This document shows positions 30,077 to 41,819 of a DNA stretch of 64,000 bases, in pieces. The notes beneath the pieces are model-generated. The model was not told the origin of the DNA. It made no database searches and worked only from the letters and a program-made list of their open reading frames with translations. The stretch lies in the NCBI GenBank assembly GCA_046347155.1, contig JAXMGT010000001.1, positions 1,050,458-1,114,457 on the forward strand, in the 5' to 3' direction. Position 1 is the first letter of the stretch. Each line of letters begins with the position of its first letter. Source of the DNA: Steroidobacteraceae bacterium. Its GTDB lineage: Bacteria; Pseudomonadota; Gammaproteobacteria; Steroidobacterales; Steroidobacteraceae. The position numbers were made by a program, and so were the translations under genes.

Positions 30077-31858
30077 ATGTCCATGCGCACACACTATTGC
30101 GGCGAGGTGAACGAGACCCTCGTCGGTAAGACGGTCTCGGTGGCCGGCTGGGTCCACCGCCGGCGCGACCACGGCGGCGTGATCTTCGTCGACCTGCGCG
30201 ACCGCGAGGGCCTGCTGCAGGTGGTCTTCGATCCGGACGCGGCGTCGGTGTTCGCCGAGGCCGAGCGCGTGCGCGGTGAATGGGTGCTCAAGGTGACGGG
30301 CACCGTGCGGCCGCGTCCCGCGGGCACCGTGAACCGGAACCTCGCCTCGGGCCAGGTCGAACTGCTGGCGCAGGGCGTCGAGGTGCTGAACCGCTCGGAA
30401 CCGATCCCGTTCCAGCTCGACGAGGACGTCCGCGAGGAAACGCGGCTCAAGTACCGCTACATCGACCTGCGCCGCGACGAGATGCAGAAGCGCCTGCGGC
30501 TGCGGCACGCGGTCACCCGCGCGATGCGCTCGTTCCTCGACGGGCACGGCTTCATCGACGTCGAGACGCCGATGCTCACGAAGGCGACGCCGGAGGGTGC
30601 GCGCGACTACCTGGTGCCGAGCCGCACGCAGGCCGGCAAGTTCTTCGCTCTGCCGCAGTCGCCGCAGATCTTCAAGCAGCTGCTGATGATGTCTGGCTTC
30701 GACCGGTACTACCAGATCGTCCGCTGCTTCCGCGACGAGGACCTGCGCGCCGACCGCCAGCCCGAGTTCACGCAGCTCGACATCGAGACCTCGTTCCTGA
30801 CCCGCGACGAGATCACCGGGCTGATGGAGTCGCTGGTCCGCGTGCTGTTCGACCATGTGCTCGGGGTCAGGCTGCCCGACCCGTTCCCGCGCATGACCTA
30901 CGCCGAGGCGATGCGTCGCTACGCCTCCGACAAGCCGGACCTCCGGATCCCGCTCGAACTCGTGGACGTCGCGGACCTCGTGAAGGACTGCGAGTTCAAG
31001 GTGTTCGCGGCGCCGGCGGCCGACCCGGCCGGGCGCGTCGCGGCGCTGCGCGTGCCGGGCGGCGGCGAGAAGCTCACCCGCAAGCAGATCGACGACTACA
31101 CGGCCTACGTCGCGCGCTACGGTGCGAAGGGCCTCGCCTACGTGAAGGTGAACGACGCTTCGAAGGGCCGCGAGGGCCTGCAGTCGCCGATCCTGAAGTT
31201 CCTCTCCGACGCCGCGATCGCGGGGCTGCTCGAGCGCACCGGTGCGGTCACGGGCGACCTCGTGTTCTTCGGCGCCGACAAGGCCAAGGTCGTCAACGAC
31301 TCGATCGGCGCGCTGCGCCTGAAGGTGGGGCAGGACCTCGGGATGGTCGAGCAGGGCTGGCGCCCGCTGTGGGTGATGGACTTCCCGATGTTCGAGTGGG
31401 ACGCCGACGAGAAGCGCTGGGCCGCGATGCACCACCCGTTCACCTCGCCGGTGAACGACGACGCGGCGGCGCTCAAGGCCGACCCGGGCGGCGCACTGGC
31501 GCGCGCCTACGACATGGTGCTGAACGGTTCCGAGATCGGCGGCGGCTCGGTGCGCATCCACCGCAACGAGATGCAGTCCACCGTGTTCGAGCTGCTCGGC
31601 ATCGGCGCGGAGGAGGCCGAGCGCAAGTTCGGCTTCCTGCTCGAGGCGCTGCGCTACGGCGCGCCACCGCACGGCGGCATCGCGTTCGGCCTCGACCGGC
31701 TGGCGATGCTGATGGCGGGCGCGGACTCGATCCGCGACGTGATCGCGTTCCCGAAGACGCAGACGGCCACCTGCCCGCTGACCGACGCGCCGACCGAGGT
31801 CTCGGAGCAGCAGCTCCGCGACCTGCACATCCGCGTGAAGCTGCCCGTCAAGGAGTGA
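30077..31858 (+). CDS. aspS: Aspartate--tRNA ligase
   Basis: 593 aa with an OB anticodon-binding N-terminus ([19 protein letters not shown]) and class II motifs ([30 protein letters not shown]). Confidence 0.97.
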   Translation: MSMRTHYCGEVNETLVGKTVSVAGWVHRRRDHGGVIFVDLRDREGLLQVVFDPDAASVFAEAERVRGEWVLKVTGTVRPRPAGTVNRNLASGQVELLAQGVEVLNRSEPIPFQLDEDVREETRLKYRYIDLRRDEMQKRLRLRHAVTRAMRSFLDGHGFIDVETPMLTKATPEGARDYLVPSRTQAGKFFALPQSPQIFKQLLMMSGFDRYYQIVRCFRDEDLRADRQPEFTQLDIETSFLTRDEITGLMESLVRVLFDHVLGVRLPDPFPRMTYAEAMRRYASDKPDLRIPLELVDVADLVKDCEFKVFAAPAADPAGRVAALRVPGGGEKLTRKQIDDYTAYVARYGAKGLAYVKVNDASKGREGLQSPILKFLSDAAIAGLLERTGAVTGDLVFFGADKAKVVNDSIGALRLKVGQDLGMVEQGWRPLWVMDFPMFEWDADEKRWAAMHHPFTSPVNDDAAALKADPGGALARAYDMVLNGSEIGGGSVRIHRNEMQSTVFELLGIGAEEAERKFGFLLEALRYGAPPHGGIAFGLDRLAMLMAGADSIRDVIAFPKTQTATCPLTDAPTEVSEQQLRDLHIRVKLPVKE

Positions 31859-32520
31859 CGGGCCGCGTCCCCTGGGGCAGCGCGGTGACCCGGGAAACCG
31901 TCGTCCTCGTCCACGGCCTGTGGATGCGGGGGCACGAGTTCGCCCCGATGCGCGGGCGACTGGTGCGCGAGCACGGTTACGACGTCCGCGTGTTCAGTTA
32001 CCCGACGCTGCGCGGCGACGCCGATTCGATCACGGACGACCTCCAGCGGATGGCCGACGGGCTCGCGGGCGCCGGCCCGGTGCACTTCGTCGGCCACAGC
32101 CTCGGCGGCACGTTCGTGCACCGGCTGCTCGACCGGGCGCCGGACCGCTACGGCGGCAACGCCGTCGTGCTCGGGTCGCCGCTGTCCGGCTGCCGTGCGG
32201 CCGTCGGCGTCTCGCGATTCCGGCTGCTGCGGCCGGTCATCGGTCCGCACCTGCTCGCGGAGGCGGTTGCGCCGCCGCAGCGGTGCTGGCGGGGGCCGGG
32301 CGCATTCGGCTCGATCGCCGGCACCCTGCACGCCGGCACCGGCCAGCTGTTCACGCGGTTCGAGGAGCCGCACGACGGCACGGTCGCGGTGCGCGAAACG
32401 CGCATCCCGGGCCTCGACGACCACCTCGAGGTGGCGCACGGCCACATGGGGCTCGTGTTCGCGGCCGACGTCGCGGACCAGGTGGCGCACTTCCTGCGCC
32501 ACCGGCGCTTCCGCCGCTGA
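31855..32520 (+). CDS. Alpha/beta hydrolase (lipase/esterase-like)
   Basis: VVLVHGLW oxyanion motif and GHSLGG nucleophile elbow. No ATG lies upstream of these motifs. GTG at 31855 overlaps the aspS stop. GTG at 31885 is an alternative start. Confidence 0.7.
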   Translation: MTGRVPWGSAVTRETVVLVHGLWMRGHEFAPMRGRLVREHGYDVRVFSYPTLRGDADSITDDLQRMADGLAGAGPVHFVGHSLGGTFVHRLLDRAPDRYGGNAVVLGSPLSGCRAAVGVSRFRLLRPVIGPHLLAEAVAPPQRCWRGPGAFGSIAGTLHAGTGQLFTRFEEPHDGTVAVRETRIPGLDDHLEVAHGHMGLVFAADVADQVAHFLRHRRFRR

Positions 32521-32527
32521 GGACGCC

Positions 32528-32569
32528 GGGGACATTCCCGGTTTCCCGGGCGAAACCGAGCATGTCCCC
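32528..32569. terminator. GC-rich nested hairpin between convergent genes
   Basis: GGGGACAT (32528..32535) pairs with ATGTCCCC (32562..32569), with an inner CCCGG-TTTC-CCGGG hairpin. No U-tract. Confidence 0.35.
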
Positions 32570-33975
32570 TAGTTCGGTTGCGGGGCGACCGCCGCGGCCG
32601 CGTCCACCCAGCCGCCGCCGAGCGCCTTGTAGAGGTCGACGTGCGCGAGCAGGCGGTCGCGCTCGCCCTGGCTCGACAGCAGTTCGGCATTGAAGAGCGA
32701 TGTTTCCGCGTCGAGCACCTCGAGGTAACTCGAATAGCCGCCCTCGTAGCGCTTGCGGGACAGCGTCGCATAGCGCTTCAGCGCCTCGACCTGCGCCCGC
32801 TGCGCGGTCGTCCGCTCGGTCGTCTTGACCGTCGCGACCAGCGCGTCGTCGACATCGGCGAACGCCCGCCGCACGACGTTCCGGTAATTGGCCACCAGCT
32901 GTGCCTTGCGGGCGTCGGCCACCTGGTTCGCGCCGACGTTCGCGCCGCCCTGGAAGATCGGTCCGGTGGCGCTGCCCATGTAGTTCCACGTGTCCGTGCC
33001 CGACTTGAAGAGATCCGACAGCGCGGTGCTGGCCGAGCCGAGGAAGCCCGTCAGCGATATCGTCGGGAAGTAGAGGGCACGCGCGGCGCTCACGCGTGCG
33101 TTCGCCGCGACGAGCTGCTCTTCGGCCGCGACGACGTCCGGTCGCCACGTGAGGACGTCCGACGGAAGGCCCGCCGGCACCGCGGGCGTGCCGAGTTCGC
33201 CGAGCGTGCGGTCGCGCTGGATCGGGCCGGGCGTTCGTCCGAGCAGCACCGACAGCGCGTTCTCCTGCTGGGCGATCTGCTGCTCGAGCACGGGGATCGA
33301 CGCGGCCGCGACCTCGTAGGCGGAGCGCGCCTGTGCGAGCTCGACGCCCGAGATCACGCCGCCCTTGTGGCGCTTCTCGAACACCGCGAGCGCCTTCGCG
33401 CGGCTGTCGAACGTCTCTTGCGAGGTGCGCAGCTGCTCGTCGAGCGACAGCAGCACAACGTAGCCGGAGACCGTCGCGCCGACCACCGAGAGCACGGCGG
33501 CGCGCCGGTCGGCCTCCGACGCCCGCCAGTCCGCGACCGACGCGGCCGTCAGGTTGCGGATCCGGCCCCACACGTCGATCTCCCAGCCGGCCGTCAATCC
33601 GCCCGCGACGGACCCCACGACCGCGTCGCTGCCGGGCGGCACCGCGCGCGAGGGTTGCTGCTGGCCGCTCTGCACCGAGTAACCGACGCCGGGCACCAGT
33701 CCGGCGCGCACCTGCATCATCAGGCCGTAGTACTCGTCGACGCGGGCCGCGGCGATGCGCAGGTCCTCGTTGTTCCGCAGGGCCTCGCCGACGAGCGCGT
33801 CGAGTGCCGGGTCGCCGAAGCCCTGCCACCACTGGCGGTCGTCGGCCTGCGGCGTCGCCGCGACGGACACGCGGAACTCCGCCGGCACCTGCATCGCGGG
33901 TCGCTGGTACGGTTCCCCGAGGCAGGCGGCGAGCGAGGCGCAGGCGGTGACGACCAGGATGGGACGGGCGCTCAT
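32569..33975 (-). CDS. RND efflux outer membrane factor lipoprotein (NodT family)
   Basis: 468 aa with lipobox LAAC and a typical OMF N-terminus (YQRP....P..F......WW..F.D..L..L). ATGA overlap with the upstream RND gene at 33972..33975. Confidence 0.9.
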   Translation of the reverse strand: MSARPILVVTACASLAACLGEPYQRPAMQVPAEFRVSVAATPQADDRQWWQGFGDPALDALVGEALRNNEDLRIAAARVDEYYGLMMQVRAGLVPGVGYSVQSGQQQPSRAVPPGSDAVVGSVAGGLTAGWEIDVWGRIRNLTAASVADWRASEADRRAAVLSVVGATVSGYVVLLSLDEQLRTSQETFDSRAKALAVFEKRHKGGVISGVELAQARSAYEVAAASIPVLEQQIAQQENALSVLLGRTPGPIQRDRTLGELGTPAVPAGLPSDVLTWRPDVVAAEEQLVAANARVSAARALYFPTISLTGFLGSASTALSDLFKSGTDTWNYMGSATGPIFQGGANVGANQVADARKAQLVANYRNVVRRAFADVDDALVATVKTTERTTAQRAQVEALKRYATLSRKRYEGGYSSYLEVLDAETSLFNAELLSSQGERDRLLAHVDLYKALGGGWVDAAAAVAPQPN

Positions 33976-36900
33976 GCGTGCGTCTCCCCGGTCGCGCTCG
34001 CATCCCCATCCGGCTTCGCCTTCGGCGGGAAGAAGCGTTCGCTCGCTTCGCTGATGAGCACGTAGAAGAGGGGCACGAAGAAGAGCGCGAGCGTCGTCGC
34101 GCCGACCATGCCGCCGATCACGCCGGTGCCGATCGAGTGCCGGGACGCCGAGCCGGCGCCGGAGGCGATCGCAAGCGGGATCGCGCCGGCCGTGAACGCG
34201 AGCGAGGTCATCACGATCGGCCGCAGCCGCATCTTCGCGCCCTCGACGGCCGACTCGACGATCGAGAGCCCCTTCGCGCGCTCGAGCACCGCGAACTCGA
34301 CGATCAGGATGGCGTTCTTTGCCGCCAGGCCGATCAGCGTCACGAGGCCGATCTGGAAATAGACGTCGTTGTCCATGCCCCGGACCCACACGGCGGCGAG
34401 CGCGCCGAGCACGCCGAACGGCACGGCCGTGATCACGCTGCCGGGCAGGGACCAGGACTCGTACTGCGCGGCGAGGATCAGGAACACCATCACGAGGCCG
34501 AACACGAACACGAGCGCCGAGGCGCCGCCGGCCTGCTTTTCCTCGTAGGCCTGGCCGGACCAGGCGATCGCGTAGCCCTCGGGGAGCGCGCCCGCCAGTT
34601 CCTCCATGATTGCGATGGACTGCCCGGAGCTGTAGCCCGCGGCCGGCGCGCCGCTGATCTTCGCGGCCGGGAAGCCGTTGAAGCGCGGGATCAGGTCGGG
34701 GCCGGTCGTGAAGCGGGCGGTCGTGACCGCGTCGAGCGGCACCATCTCGCCCGACCGGCCGCGCACGTAGATGCTGCGCAGGTCCTCGGGGCTGTTGCGG
34801 AACTCGGGTTCGGCCTGGAGCACCACCTGCCAGACCCGCCCGTACTTGTTGTACTGGCTCACGTACAGCGAACCGAACAGCGACTGCAGCGCGCCGTACA
34901 CGTCGGCGATCGGTGCGCCGAGCGTCTCGGCCTTGTCCCGGTCGACCTTCACGCTCAGCTGGCGCGAGGCCGGATTGAACGTCGAGTTGACGCCCGCGAG
35001 CTCCGGGCGCTGCTTCGCGGCACCGACCACCTGCTGCACCGCTTGCGCGAGCCGCATCGGTTCGCCGCCATTCAGGTCCTGCACCCACAGCTCGAAGCCG
35101 CCCTGTGTCCCGAGGCCGGGAATCGGCGGCGGGTTGAGCGGGATCACGATGGCGTCCTCGATCGCCGCGACCTTCGGACGGATCGCCGCGATCAGGTCGT
35201 CGGCCGACAGTCCCCTGCCCTTGCGCTCCGAGTAGTCCTTGAGGCTCACGAACACGGTGACCGCGTTCGTCTTGTACTGGCCGTCGAGGATGCTGTATCC
35301 GGTCAGCACCGAGGCGAACTGTGTCGCCGGGTGGCTGCGGACGGCGTCGGCGATCTTCTGCCCGACCGCGTCGGCACGGTCGAGGCTCGCCGAATCCGGC
35401 AGGATGCCGGCGATCAGGATGTAGCCCTGGTCCTCGGGCGGCACGAAGCTCGACGGCACGGTCCTGAACAGCCCGAGGATCGCGACGATCAGGACCGCGA
35501 ACACCGCGAGCGCGAGCGTTGCGCGCTTGAGCACCCATCGCACGCCGGCGGTGTAGCGCGCGGTCAGGCGTTCGAACCACTCGTTGAAGCGTTGGAGGAT
35601 CCGCGGCGGGTGGCCGTGCGAGCCGTCGAGCAGCAGCGCTGCGAGCGCCGGGGTCAGCGTGAGCGCGACGAAGCCCGAGAGCGTCACCGAGATGACGACC
35701 GTGATCGCGAACTGCTTGTAGAGCACGCCGGTCGTCCCGCCGAGGAACGCGGTCGGCACGAAAACGGCGGCGAGTACCAGAACGATCGCGATCACGGGCC
35801 CCGAGACCTCGCGCATCGCGACGAACGCGGCCTCGCGCGCCGAGAGGCCCCTGGCCTTCATGTTGGCCTCGACCGCCTCGATCACGACGATCGCGTCGTC
35901 GACGACGATGCCGATCGCGAGCACCATCCCGAACAGTGTCAGCAGGTTGACCGAGAAGCCGAGCAGCGCCATCCCGACGAACGTTCCGACGATCGACACG
36001 ACGACCGCAAGCGTCGGGATCAACGTGGCCCGCAGGTTCTGCAGGAAGACGTACACGACCAGCACGACGAGCACGACCGCCTCTAGCAGCGTGTGGACAA
36101 CCTCGTCGATCGAGGCGGTGACGAACTGCGTCGAGTCGAGCGACACCTCGAAGTCGATTCCGTCCGGCGCGCTCGTCTTGAGCCGGGCCAGCGTGTCGCG
36201 CACGCCCTTCGCGACCGCGAGCGCGTTCGAGCCCGGCTGCTGGTAGACCGCGATGAACACGGCCGGCTTGCCGTTCAGGCTCGGCCGCATCATGTAGTTC
36301 TGCAGGCCTTCCTCGGCGCGGCCGACGTCGCCGAGCCGGACGATCGCAGCGCCCTCCTGGTCGGTGCGCAGGATGATGTCGTCGAACTGCTCAGGTGTGT
36401 TGAAGCGTCCCTCGGTGACGACCGGCACGGTGATCTCGACCGGTTTCGAGGTCGGCGACTGCCCGATCGACCCGGCGCCGAACTGCTGGTTCTGCCGCGC
36501 GATCGCCTGTTGGATGTCCGTCGGCGTGATGCCGCGGGCCGCCATCCGGTCGGGCCGGAGCCAGATGCGCATCGCATTGTCCGCGGCGCCGAACAGCGTC
36601 GCCTGGTTGGCGCCCGGCACCCGCTTCACGGCGTCGAGCACGTAGAGGTTCGCGTAGTTGGCGACGTAGTCGACGTCGTAGCGGCCGTCCGGCGCGTAGA
36701 CGGCGAGCAGCATCATGATGCTCGAGGACCGCTTGTCGACCTTGACGCCGGTCTTCTGCACGACGTCGGGCAGCTGCGGCAGCGCGATGTTGACGCGGTT
36801 CTGGACCTGCACCTGCGCCGTGTCGGGGTCCGCGCCGATCTGGAAGTACACCGACAGCGACATCTGCCCGGTCGACGAGCTCGTCGACTGCATGTAGAGC

Positions 36901-37127
36901 ATCTTGTCGACGCCGTTCACCTGCGTCTCGATCGGCGCGGCGACCGCCTGCGCGACCGTCGCCGCGTCGGCGCCGGGGAAACTCGCCGTCACCGTCACGA
37001 CCGGCGGCGCGATGGGTGGGTACTGTTCGACGGGCAGCCCGACGAGCGCGACCGCGCCCGCGAGCGTGACGACGATCGACAGGACGCTGGCGAGGATCGG
37101 TCGCCGGATGCAGACGTCGGAGATCAT
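33972..37127 (-). CDS. RND multidrug efflux permease (HAE1)
   Basis: 1051 aa. MISDVCIRRPILA N-terminus and a duplicated 6-TM plus large-loop organisation. Confidence 0.95.
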   Translation of the reverse strand: MISDVCIRRPILASVLSIVVTLAGAVALVGLPVEQYPPIAPPVVTVTASFPGADAATVAQAVAAPIETQVNGVDKMLYMQSTSSSTGQMSLSVYFQIGADPDTAQVQVQNRVNIALPQLPDVVQKTGVKVDKRSSSIMMLLAVYAPDGRYDVDYVANYANLYVLDAVKRVPGANQATLFGAADNAMRIWLRPDRMAARGITPTDIQQAIARQNQQFGAGSIGQSPTSKPVEITVPVVTEGRFNTPEQFDDIILRTDQEGAAIVRLGDVGRAEEGLQNYMMRPSLNGKPAVFIAVYQQPGSNALAVAKGVRDTLARLKTSAPDGIDFEVSLDSTQFVTASIDEVVHTLLEAVVLVVLVVYVFLQNLRATLIPTLAVVVSIVGTFVGMALLGFSVNLLTLFGMVLAIGIVVDDAIVVIEAVEANMKARGLSAREAAFVAMREVSGPVIAIVLVLAAVFVPTAFLGGTTGVLYKQFAITVVISVTLSGFVALTLTPALAALLLDGSHGHPPRILQRFNEWFERLTARYTAGVRWVLKRATLALAVFAVLIVAILGLFRTVPSSFVPPEDQGYILIAGILPDSASLDRADAVGQKIADAVRSHPATQFASVLTGYSILDGQYKTNAVTVFVSLKDYSERKGRGLSADDLIAAIRPKVAAIEDAIVIPLNPPPIPGLGTQGGFELWVQDLNGGEPMRLAQAVQQVVGAAKQRPELAGVNSTFNPASRQLSVKVDRDKAETLGAPIADVYGALQSLFGSLYVSQYNKYGRVWQVVLQAEPEFRNSPEDLRSIYVRGRSGEMVPLDAVTTARFTTGPDLIPRFNGFPAAKISGAPAAGYSSGQSIAIMEELAGALPEGYAIAWSGQAYEEKQAGGASALVFVFGLVMVFLILAAQYESWSLPGSVITAVPFGVLGALAAVWVRGMDNDVYFQIGLVTLIGLAAKNAILIVEFAVLERAKGLSIVESAVEGAKMRLRPIVMTSLAFTAGAIPLAIASGAGSASRHSIGTGVIGGMVGATTLALFFVPLFYVLISEASERFFPPKAKPDGDASATGETHA

Positions 37128-37139
37128 CGCGCGGTGCGC

Positions 37140-38309
37140 TCAGCCCTTGGGTGCCGCGGCCGGGGCGGACGGCTCGCCGGACGCGGGCGCCGGCGCCGCC
37201 GTGACCGGGACGCCCGGCGCGAGCTTGATGCCGCCGTCGACGACGATTCGCTCGCCAGCCTGCAGGCCCTGCTGGATGAGCCAGCCGCCGTCCGAAAGGG
37301 GACCGAGCTGCACCGGCCGCGGCTGGGCCTTCGATTCCGCGTCGACGACCCAGACGAAGTTGCCCTGCGGTCCCTGCATCACGGCACGCTGCGGTACCTG
37401 GATCGCGTCCTTCCAGGTCGCGCCCTCGAGCAGCACCCGCACGAACTGCCCCGGCCGCAGCGTGCCGTCCTTGTTCGGGAGCTCGGCGCGGACGAGGAAC
37501 GTGCCGGTCTCGCGGCTGAACGACGCGTCGCCGAACGTGACGCGACCGGGGGCCGGCAGCACCGTGCCGTCGCCGAGCACGACCTTGACCGTGTAGCGGC
37601 CGTCGGCCGGTCGCACGAGCTTTCCCTCGGCCAGCAGCTTCTGGTAGTGGAGTTGCTCGTTCTCGGAGATGCTGAAGTTCACGCGCATCGGGTCGAGCGC
37701 CGACACGTACGTGAGCAGGCTGTCCGGTCCCGGCGCGATGAAGCTGCCGGGCTGCTTGCGGGCGAAGCTCGTCATCCCGGTGACCGGCGACTGGATCGTC
37801 GTGTAGCCGAGGTTGATCTCGGCCTGCTGCACCTTCGAGCGCGCGCCTTCGACGGCGGCCGCGGCCGCGTCCTTCGAGCCCTGCGCGTCGTCGAGGTCCT
37901 TCTGGGACAGTGCGTCCTCGGCCGCGAGCGGTGCAACGCGCTTCAGGTTCGCCGCGGCGGTCGTCAGGCGTGCCTGCTGCGCCGCGAGTTCGGCCTGGGC
38001 CGCCTCGAGCGCGGCCACGAACGGCTTGCGGTCCATCTGGAACAGCACGTCGCCTTCCTTGGCGATGCTGCCCTCGCGGTACTCGATCGACTCGAGGAAA
38101 CCCTCGACGCGCGCGCGGATCTCGACTTCACGCGAGCTCTCGGTCTCGCCGACGTATTCGCCCACATAGGGTGCCGGCGCCGACGCGACCGTGACGATCG
38201 AGACCGGGACGGCCTGGGGTGTCGGTGGCGCGCTCGGGGCGCGACTGCACGCGGCAATCGTGGCCGCAAGCAGGACCGTCGCCAGCCGTGTCGGGGTGGG
38301 TCGGGGCAT
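37140..38309 (-). CDS. RND efflux periplasmic adaptor (MFP) lipoprotein
   Basis: 389 aa from MPRPT, with lipobox IAAC, a coiled-coil hairpin and lipoyl/beta-barrel motifs (ITSPVTGM-type: IQSPVTGMT). Confidence 0.9.
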   Translation of the reverse strand: MPRPTPTRLATVLLAATIAACSRAPSAPPTPQAVPVSIVTVASAPAPYVGEYVGETESSREVEIRARVEGFLESIEYREGSIAKEGDVLFQMDRKPFVAALEAAQAELAAQQARLTTAAANLKRVAPLAAEDALSQKDLDDAQGSKDAAAAAVEGARSKVQQAEINLGYTTIQSPVTGMTSFARKQPGSFIAPGPDSLLTYVSALDPMRVNFSISENEQLHYQKLLAEGKLVRPADGRYTVKVVLGDGTVLPAPGRVTFGDASFSRETGTFLVRAELPNKDGTLRPGQFVRVLLEGATWKDAIQVPQRAVMQGPQGNFVWVVDAESKAQPRPVQLGPLSDGGWLIQQGLQAGERIVVDGGIKLAPGVPVTAAPAPASGEPSAPAAAPKG

Positions 38310-38380
38310 CACGCGGTGCGTCCTCGTGGTCCGGGCGCGGCGGATGTCGCCGGCCATTGCGTTCCGGCCGGAGTATAGCG

Positions 38381-38398
38381 GCCGGCCCGCGGGCCGGC
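38381..38398 (-). terminator. GC hairpin downstream of mutS
   Basis: GCCGGCCC-GC-GGGCCGGC perfect 8-bp stem, 42 nt after the mutS stop. No U-tract. A TATACT -10-like box follows on the minus strand, ahead of the RND operon. Confidence 0.35.
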
Positions 38399-38439
38399 AT
38401 CGGCGAAGTACACGGTCGTCCGGGGCGGCCGCCGGTCGT

Positions 38440-41031
38440 TCAGCCGAGCCGGTCGCGCAGCCGGAAGACCAGCGCGAGCGCGTCCCGCGGGGCCAGCGTG
38501 TCCGGGTCCACGGCCCGGAGCTCGGCGAGCGCCGCGGCCTCGGCTGGATCGACCGGCGGCGCGAGGTCGAGCTGCCCCTGCGGCGATTCGGGCCGACCGG
38601 CGTGATCGCGACGTTCGAGTTCGGCCAGGTAGCGTCGCGCGTCCGCGACGACGTGGCCTGGCACGCCGGCCAGCCGGGCGACCTGCAGACCGTAGCTCTG
38701 GTTCGCCGGGCCGTCCTTGACCGCGTGCAGGAACACCAGGCGCTCGCCGTGCTCGGTGGCGTCGAGGTGCACGTTCGCGCAGGCGGGCAGTTCGTCGGCC
38801 AGGGCGGTCAGCTCGAAGTAATGCGTCGCGAACAACGTGAATGCGCCGACGTCGCGACCGATGTGCCGGGCGCACGCCCAGGCGAGCGAGAGGCCGTCGT
38901 AGGTGCTGGTGCCGCGGCCGATCTCGTCCATCAGCACGAGGCTGTCGCGCGTCGCGTTGTTCAGGATGTTGGCCGCCTCGGTCATCTCGACCATGAACGT
39001 CGAGCGGCCGCCGGCGAGGTCGTCCGCGGCGCCGATGCGCGTGAAGATCCGGTCCACCGGGCCGATCACGGCCGACCCGGCCGGCACGTAGCTGCCGATG
39101 CCTGCGAGCAGCACGATCAGCGCGCACTGGCGCATGTAGGTCGACTTGCCGCCCATGTTCGGGCCCGTGACGATCAGCATGCGGCGGCCTTCGTGCAGCG
39201 ACAGGTCGTTCGGGACGAACGGTCCGTCGAGGTGCTGCTCGACGACCGGGTGGCGGCCGCCGCGGATCTCGATGCGCGACTCGTCGCAGAGGACGGGCCG
39301 GGCGAGGCGCAGCGTGAGGGCCCGCTCGGCGAGGCAGGCGAGTACGTCGAGCGTCGCGAGCGCCGCCGCGGTCGCGGACAGTGCCGGCAGCCGCTCGACG
39401 AGCCGCGCGAGCAGCGCCTCGTAGAGTTCCTTCTCCCGCGCGAGCGCCCGGTCGCGGGCGCCGAGCACCCGGTCCTCGAACGTCTTGAGCTCCGCGGTGA
39501 TGTAGCGTTCGGCGTTCTTCACCGTCTGCCGGCGCACCCAGTCCGCGGGCACCCGGTCGGCCTGGCTGCGGCTCACCTCGATGTAGTAGCCCTGCACCCG
39601 GTTGTAGCCGAAGCGCAGGTTCGCGAACCCGGTGCGCTCGCGCTCGCGCGCCTCGAGTTCGAGCAGTGCCTCGTCGCCGTGCTCGCTGATCCGGCGCAGC
39701 TCGTCGAGGTCCGCGTCGTGGCCGGGCGCGATCACGCCGCCCTCGCGGAGCAGGGCCGGCGGCGTCGGCACGATGGCCGTCGTGAGCAACGCGTGCACGT
39801 CCGGATGCGAACCCGCGGCAGCCGCCAGGGACTCGACGAGCGGCGCGCCCGCGCCGGTGAGGACCTTCTGAAGTTCGGGCAGGCAGCCGAGCGCATCGCG
39901 CAGCCCGGCGAGGTCGCGGGGGCGGGCGGTGCCGAGTGCGACGCGCGCGAGGATGCGCTCGACGTCGCCGACCCGCGCCAGCAGGTCGTGCACGGCGACG
40001 TACAGGCCCGTGTCGACGAATGCCTCGATCGCCGCCAGGCGCGCTTCGCGCGGCCCGCGCGAGCGCAGCGGCCGCTGCACCCAGCGGCGCAGTTCGCGCC
40101 CGCCCATCGAGGTCGCCGTCCTGTCGAGCACGCCGACCAGCGTCGAGTCGGCCCGCCCGGAGAGGCTCGAGTCGAGTTCGAGGTTGCGGCGCGTGGCCGC
40201 GTCGATCAGCAATGCCTCGTCGCGTTCCTCGGTCCGGATCCCTCGCAGGTGCGGCAGCGCCGTCTTCTGCGTGTCCCTGACGTAGGCGAGCAGGCAGCCC
40301 GCGGCACCGACCGCGAGCGGCCGGGCGGCGAGGCCGTAGCCCGCGAGATCGCGTGTGCCGAACTGCCCGCACAGTGCGCGCTCGGCGCTGCCCGCCTCGA
40401 AATGCCAGGGTGGCCGCTGCCGGACGCAGCCTGCGTAGCCGGCCGGCGCCCGCGTCGAATCCTCGGCGACCAGCAATTCAGCCGGCCGCAAACGCTCGAG
40501 TTCCGCGGCGAGCGCCTCGGCGCCCGTGGCCTCGAGTGCGTGGAAGCGGCCGCTCGAGAGTTCGAGCCACGCGAGCCCGAACCGCTCGCCCGCGGTCGAG
40601 AGCGCCGCGAGTAGTGTGTCGCGCCGGTCCTCGAGCAGCGCGTCGTCCGTGACGGTGCCGGGCGTCACGACGCGCACGACGCGTCGTTCGACGGGGCCCC
40701 TGGACTTTGCCGGGTCGCCGATCTGCTCGCAGATCGCCACCGACTCGCCACGCTTCACGGCGCGGGCGAGGTAGGTGTCGAGCGTCTGCACCGGGACGCC
40801 GGCCATCGGGATCGGTTCGCCGCCCGAGCTGCCGCGCGCGGTCAGCGTGATCTCGAGCACGCGGGCGGCACGGCGCGCGTCCTCGTAGAAGAGCTCGTAG
40901 AAGTCGCCCATCCGGTAGAAGAGCAGTACGTCCGGGTGCTGCGCCTTGATGCGCAGGTACTGCTGCATCACCGGGGTGTGGGCCGCGAGGTCCCCTTCGG
41001 ACTGAGGTCGCGGGGCGCTGGTCTGGGTCAA
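38440..41031 (-). CDS. mutS: DNA mismatch repair protein MutS
   Basis: 863 aa with an N-terminal mismatch-binding region ([31 protein letters not shown]) and Walker [10 protein letters not shown]. Confidence 0.97.
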   Translation of the reverse strand: MTQTSAPRPQSEGDLAAHTPVMQQYLRIKAQHPDVLLFYRMGDFYELFYEDARRAARVLEITLTARGSSGGEPIPMAGVPVQTLDTYLARAVKRGESVAICEQIGDPAKSRGPVERRVVRVVTPGTVTDDALLEDRRDTLLAALSTAGERFGLAWLELSSGRFHALEATGAEALAAELERLRPAELLVAEDSTRAPAGYAGCVRQRPPWHFEAGSAERALCGQFGTRDLAGYGLAARPLAVGAAGCLLAYVRDTQKTALPHLRGIRTEERDEALLIDAATRRNLELDSSLSGRADSTLVGVLDRTATSMGGRELRRWVQRPLRSRGPREARLAAIEAFVDTGLYVAVHDLLARVGDVERILARVALGTARPRDLAGLRDALGCLPELQKVLTGAGAPLVESLAAAAGSHPDVHALLTTAIVPTPPALLREGGVIAPGHDADLDELRRISEHGDEALLELEARERERTGFANLRFGYNRVQGYYIEVSRSQADRVPADWVRRQTVKNAERYITAELKTFEDRVLGARDRALAREKELYEALLARLVERLPALSATAAALATLDVLACLAERALTLRLARPVLCDESRIEIRGGRHPVVEQHLDGPFVPNDLSLHEGRRMLIVTGPNMGGKSTYMRQCALIVLLAGIGSYVPAGSAVIGPVDRIFTRIGAADDLAGGRSTFMVEMTEAANILNNATRDSLVLMDEIGRGTSTYDGLSLAWACARHIGRDVGAFTLFATHYFELTALADELPACANVHLDATEHGERLVFLHAVKDGPANQSYGLQVARLAGVPGHVVADARRYLAELERRDHAGRPESPQGQLDLAPPVDPAEAAALAELRAVDPDTLAPRDALALVFRLRDRLG

Positions 41032-41160
41032 GGCTTCGCCGTCCGTGTGCGTGCGCCTCGCGAGTACGGCCGGTGTCGGCCGGTCCCGCGCGGCGTCGGT
41101 GTCGGGGCCGGCATCCTAGCGGATGCGGGCGGGCGGATGTCAGCCCGGCGGGTGGACGGC

Positions 41161-41186
41161 GCCGGCCGGGTGCACGCCCGGCCGGC
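41161..41186 (-). terminator. GC hairpin downstream of the DUF4136 lipoprotein gene
   Basis: GCCGGCCGGG-TGCACG-CCCGGCCGGC, a perfect 10-bp stem 10 nt after the stop at 41196. No clear U-tract. Confidence 0.4.
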
Positions 41187-41195
41187 GGCGAACCC

Positions 41196-41804
41196 TTACT
41201 TGGTCGCGGCCACCGGCGCCGCCTGGCCTGCGACGAACGGGTAGGTCGTGAACAGGCGCGTGACGGCCTGGTTGAGCGCCTTGTCGCGGTTCTGCTGCAT
41301 TTCCTTCGTCACGGTGCTCTCGATGCCGGCCTGGTACACGACCTGGCGGCGCTCCCGGTCGACGATGTCCATCACGAGCGTGCCGACCTTGTAGTGGCGC
41401 GTCGTGACCTGCGTCGAGGCCGACATGCCCCAGCCGCCGTAGGGCGCACCGTACCAGCCGCCGTAGCCCCAGGTCGGCCCGTAGGCCGGCCCCGGCACGG
41501 ACTGCACGTCGGTGCGGTCCTCGAGCGTGCCGTTGAAGTTCACGATCAGGTCGGGGTTCTCGGCCGCGAGCGTGTAGCCGCGCGCTTCCATCTCGCGGGT
41601 GGCGGCCGACTCGAGCGCCTGCACGGCCAGCGACTTCGGCTGCCCGGCGGCACCGGCCTGGTCCAGGAACCCGAACGTGTGGTACTTCGCGAAGTCGGCG
41701 CTCTTGTCGTAGTCGAAGCGCACGGTTGGCGTGGACGAACAGCCGGCCGCGAGCGCGGCGACGGCGAGCAGCGCGCACGCGCGCGCGGACCTGGTTGGGC
41801 GCAT
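41196..41804 (-). CDS. DUF4136-like lipoprotein
   Basis: Lipobox AAGC followed by VRFDYDKSADFAKYHTFGF. Confidence 0.7.
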   Translation of the reverse strand: MRPTRSARACALLAVAALAAGCSSTPTVRFDYDKSADFAKYHTFGFLDQAGAAGQPKSLAVQALESAATREMEARGYTLAAENPDLIVNFNGTLEDRTDVQSVPGPAYGPTWGYGGWYGAPYGGWGMSASTQVTTRHYKVGTLVMDIVDRERRQVVYQAGIESTVTKEMQQNRDKALNQAVTRLFTTYPFVAGQAAPVAATK

Positions 41805-41819
41805 GGGTATCCCCTCGAC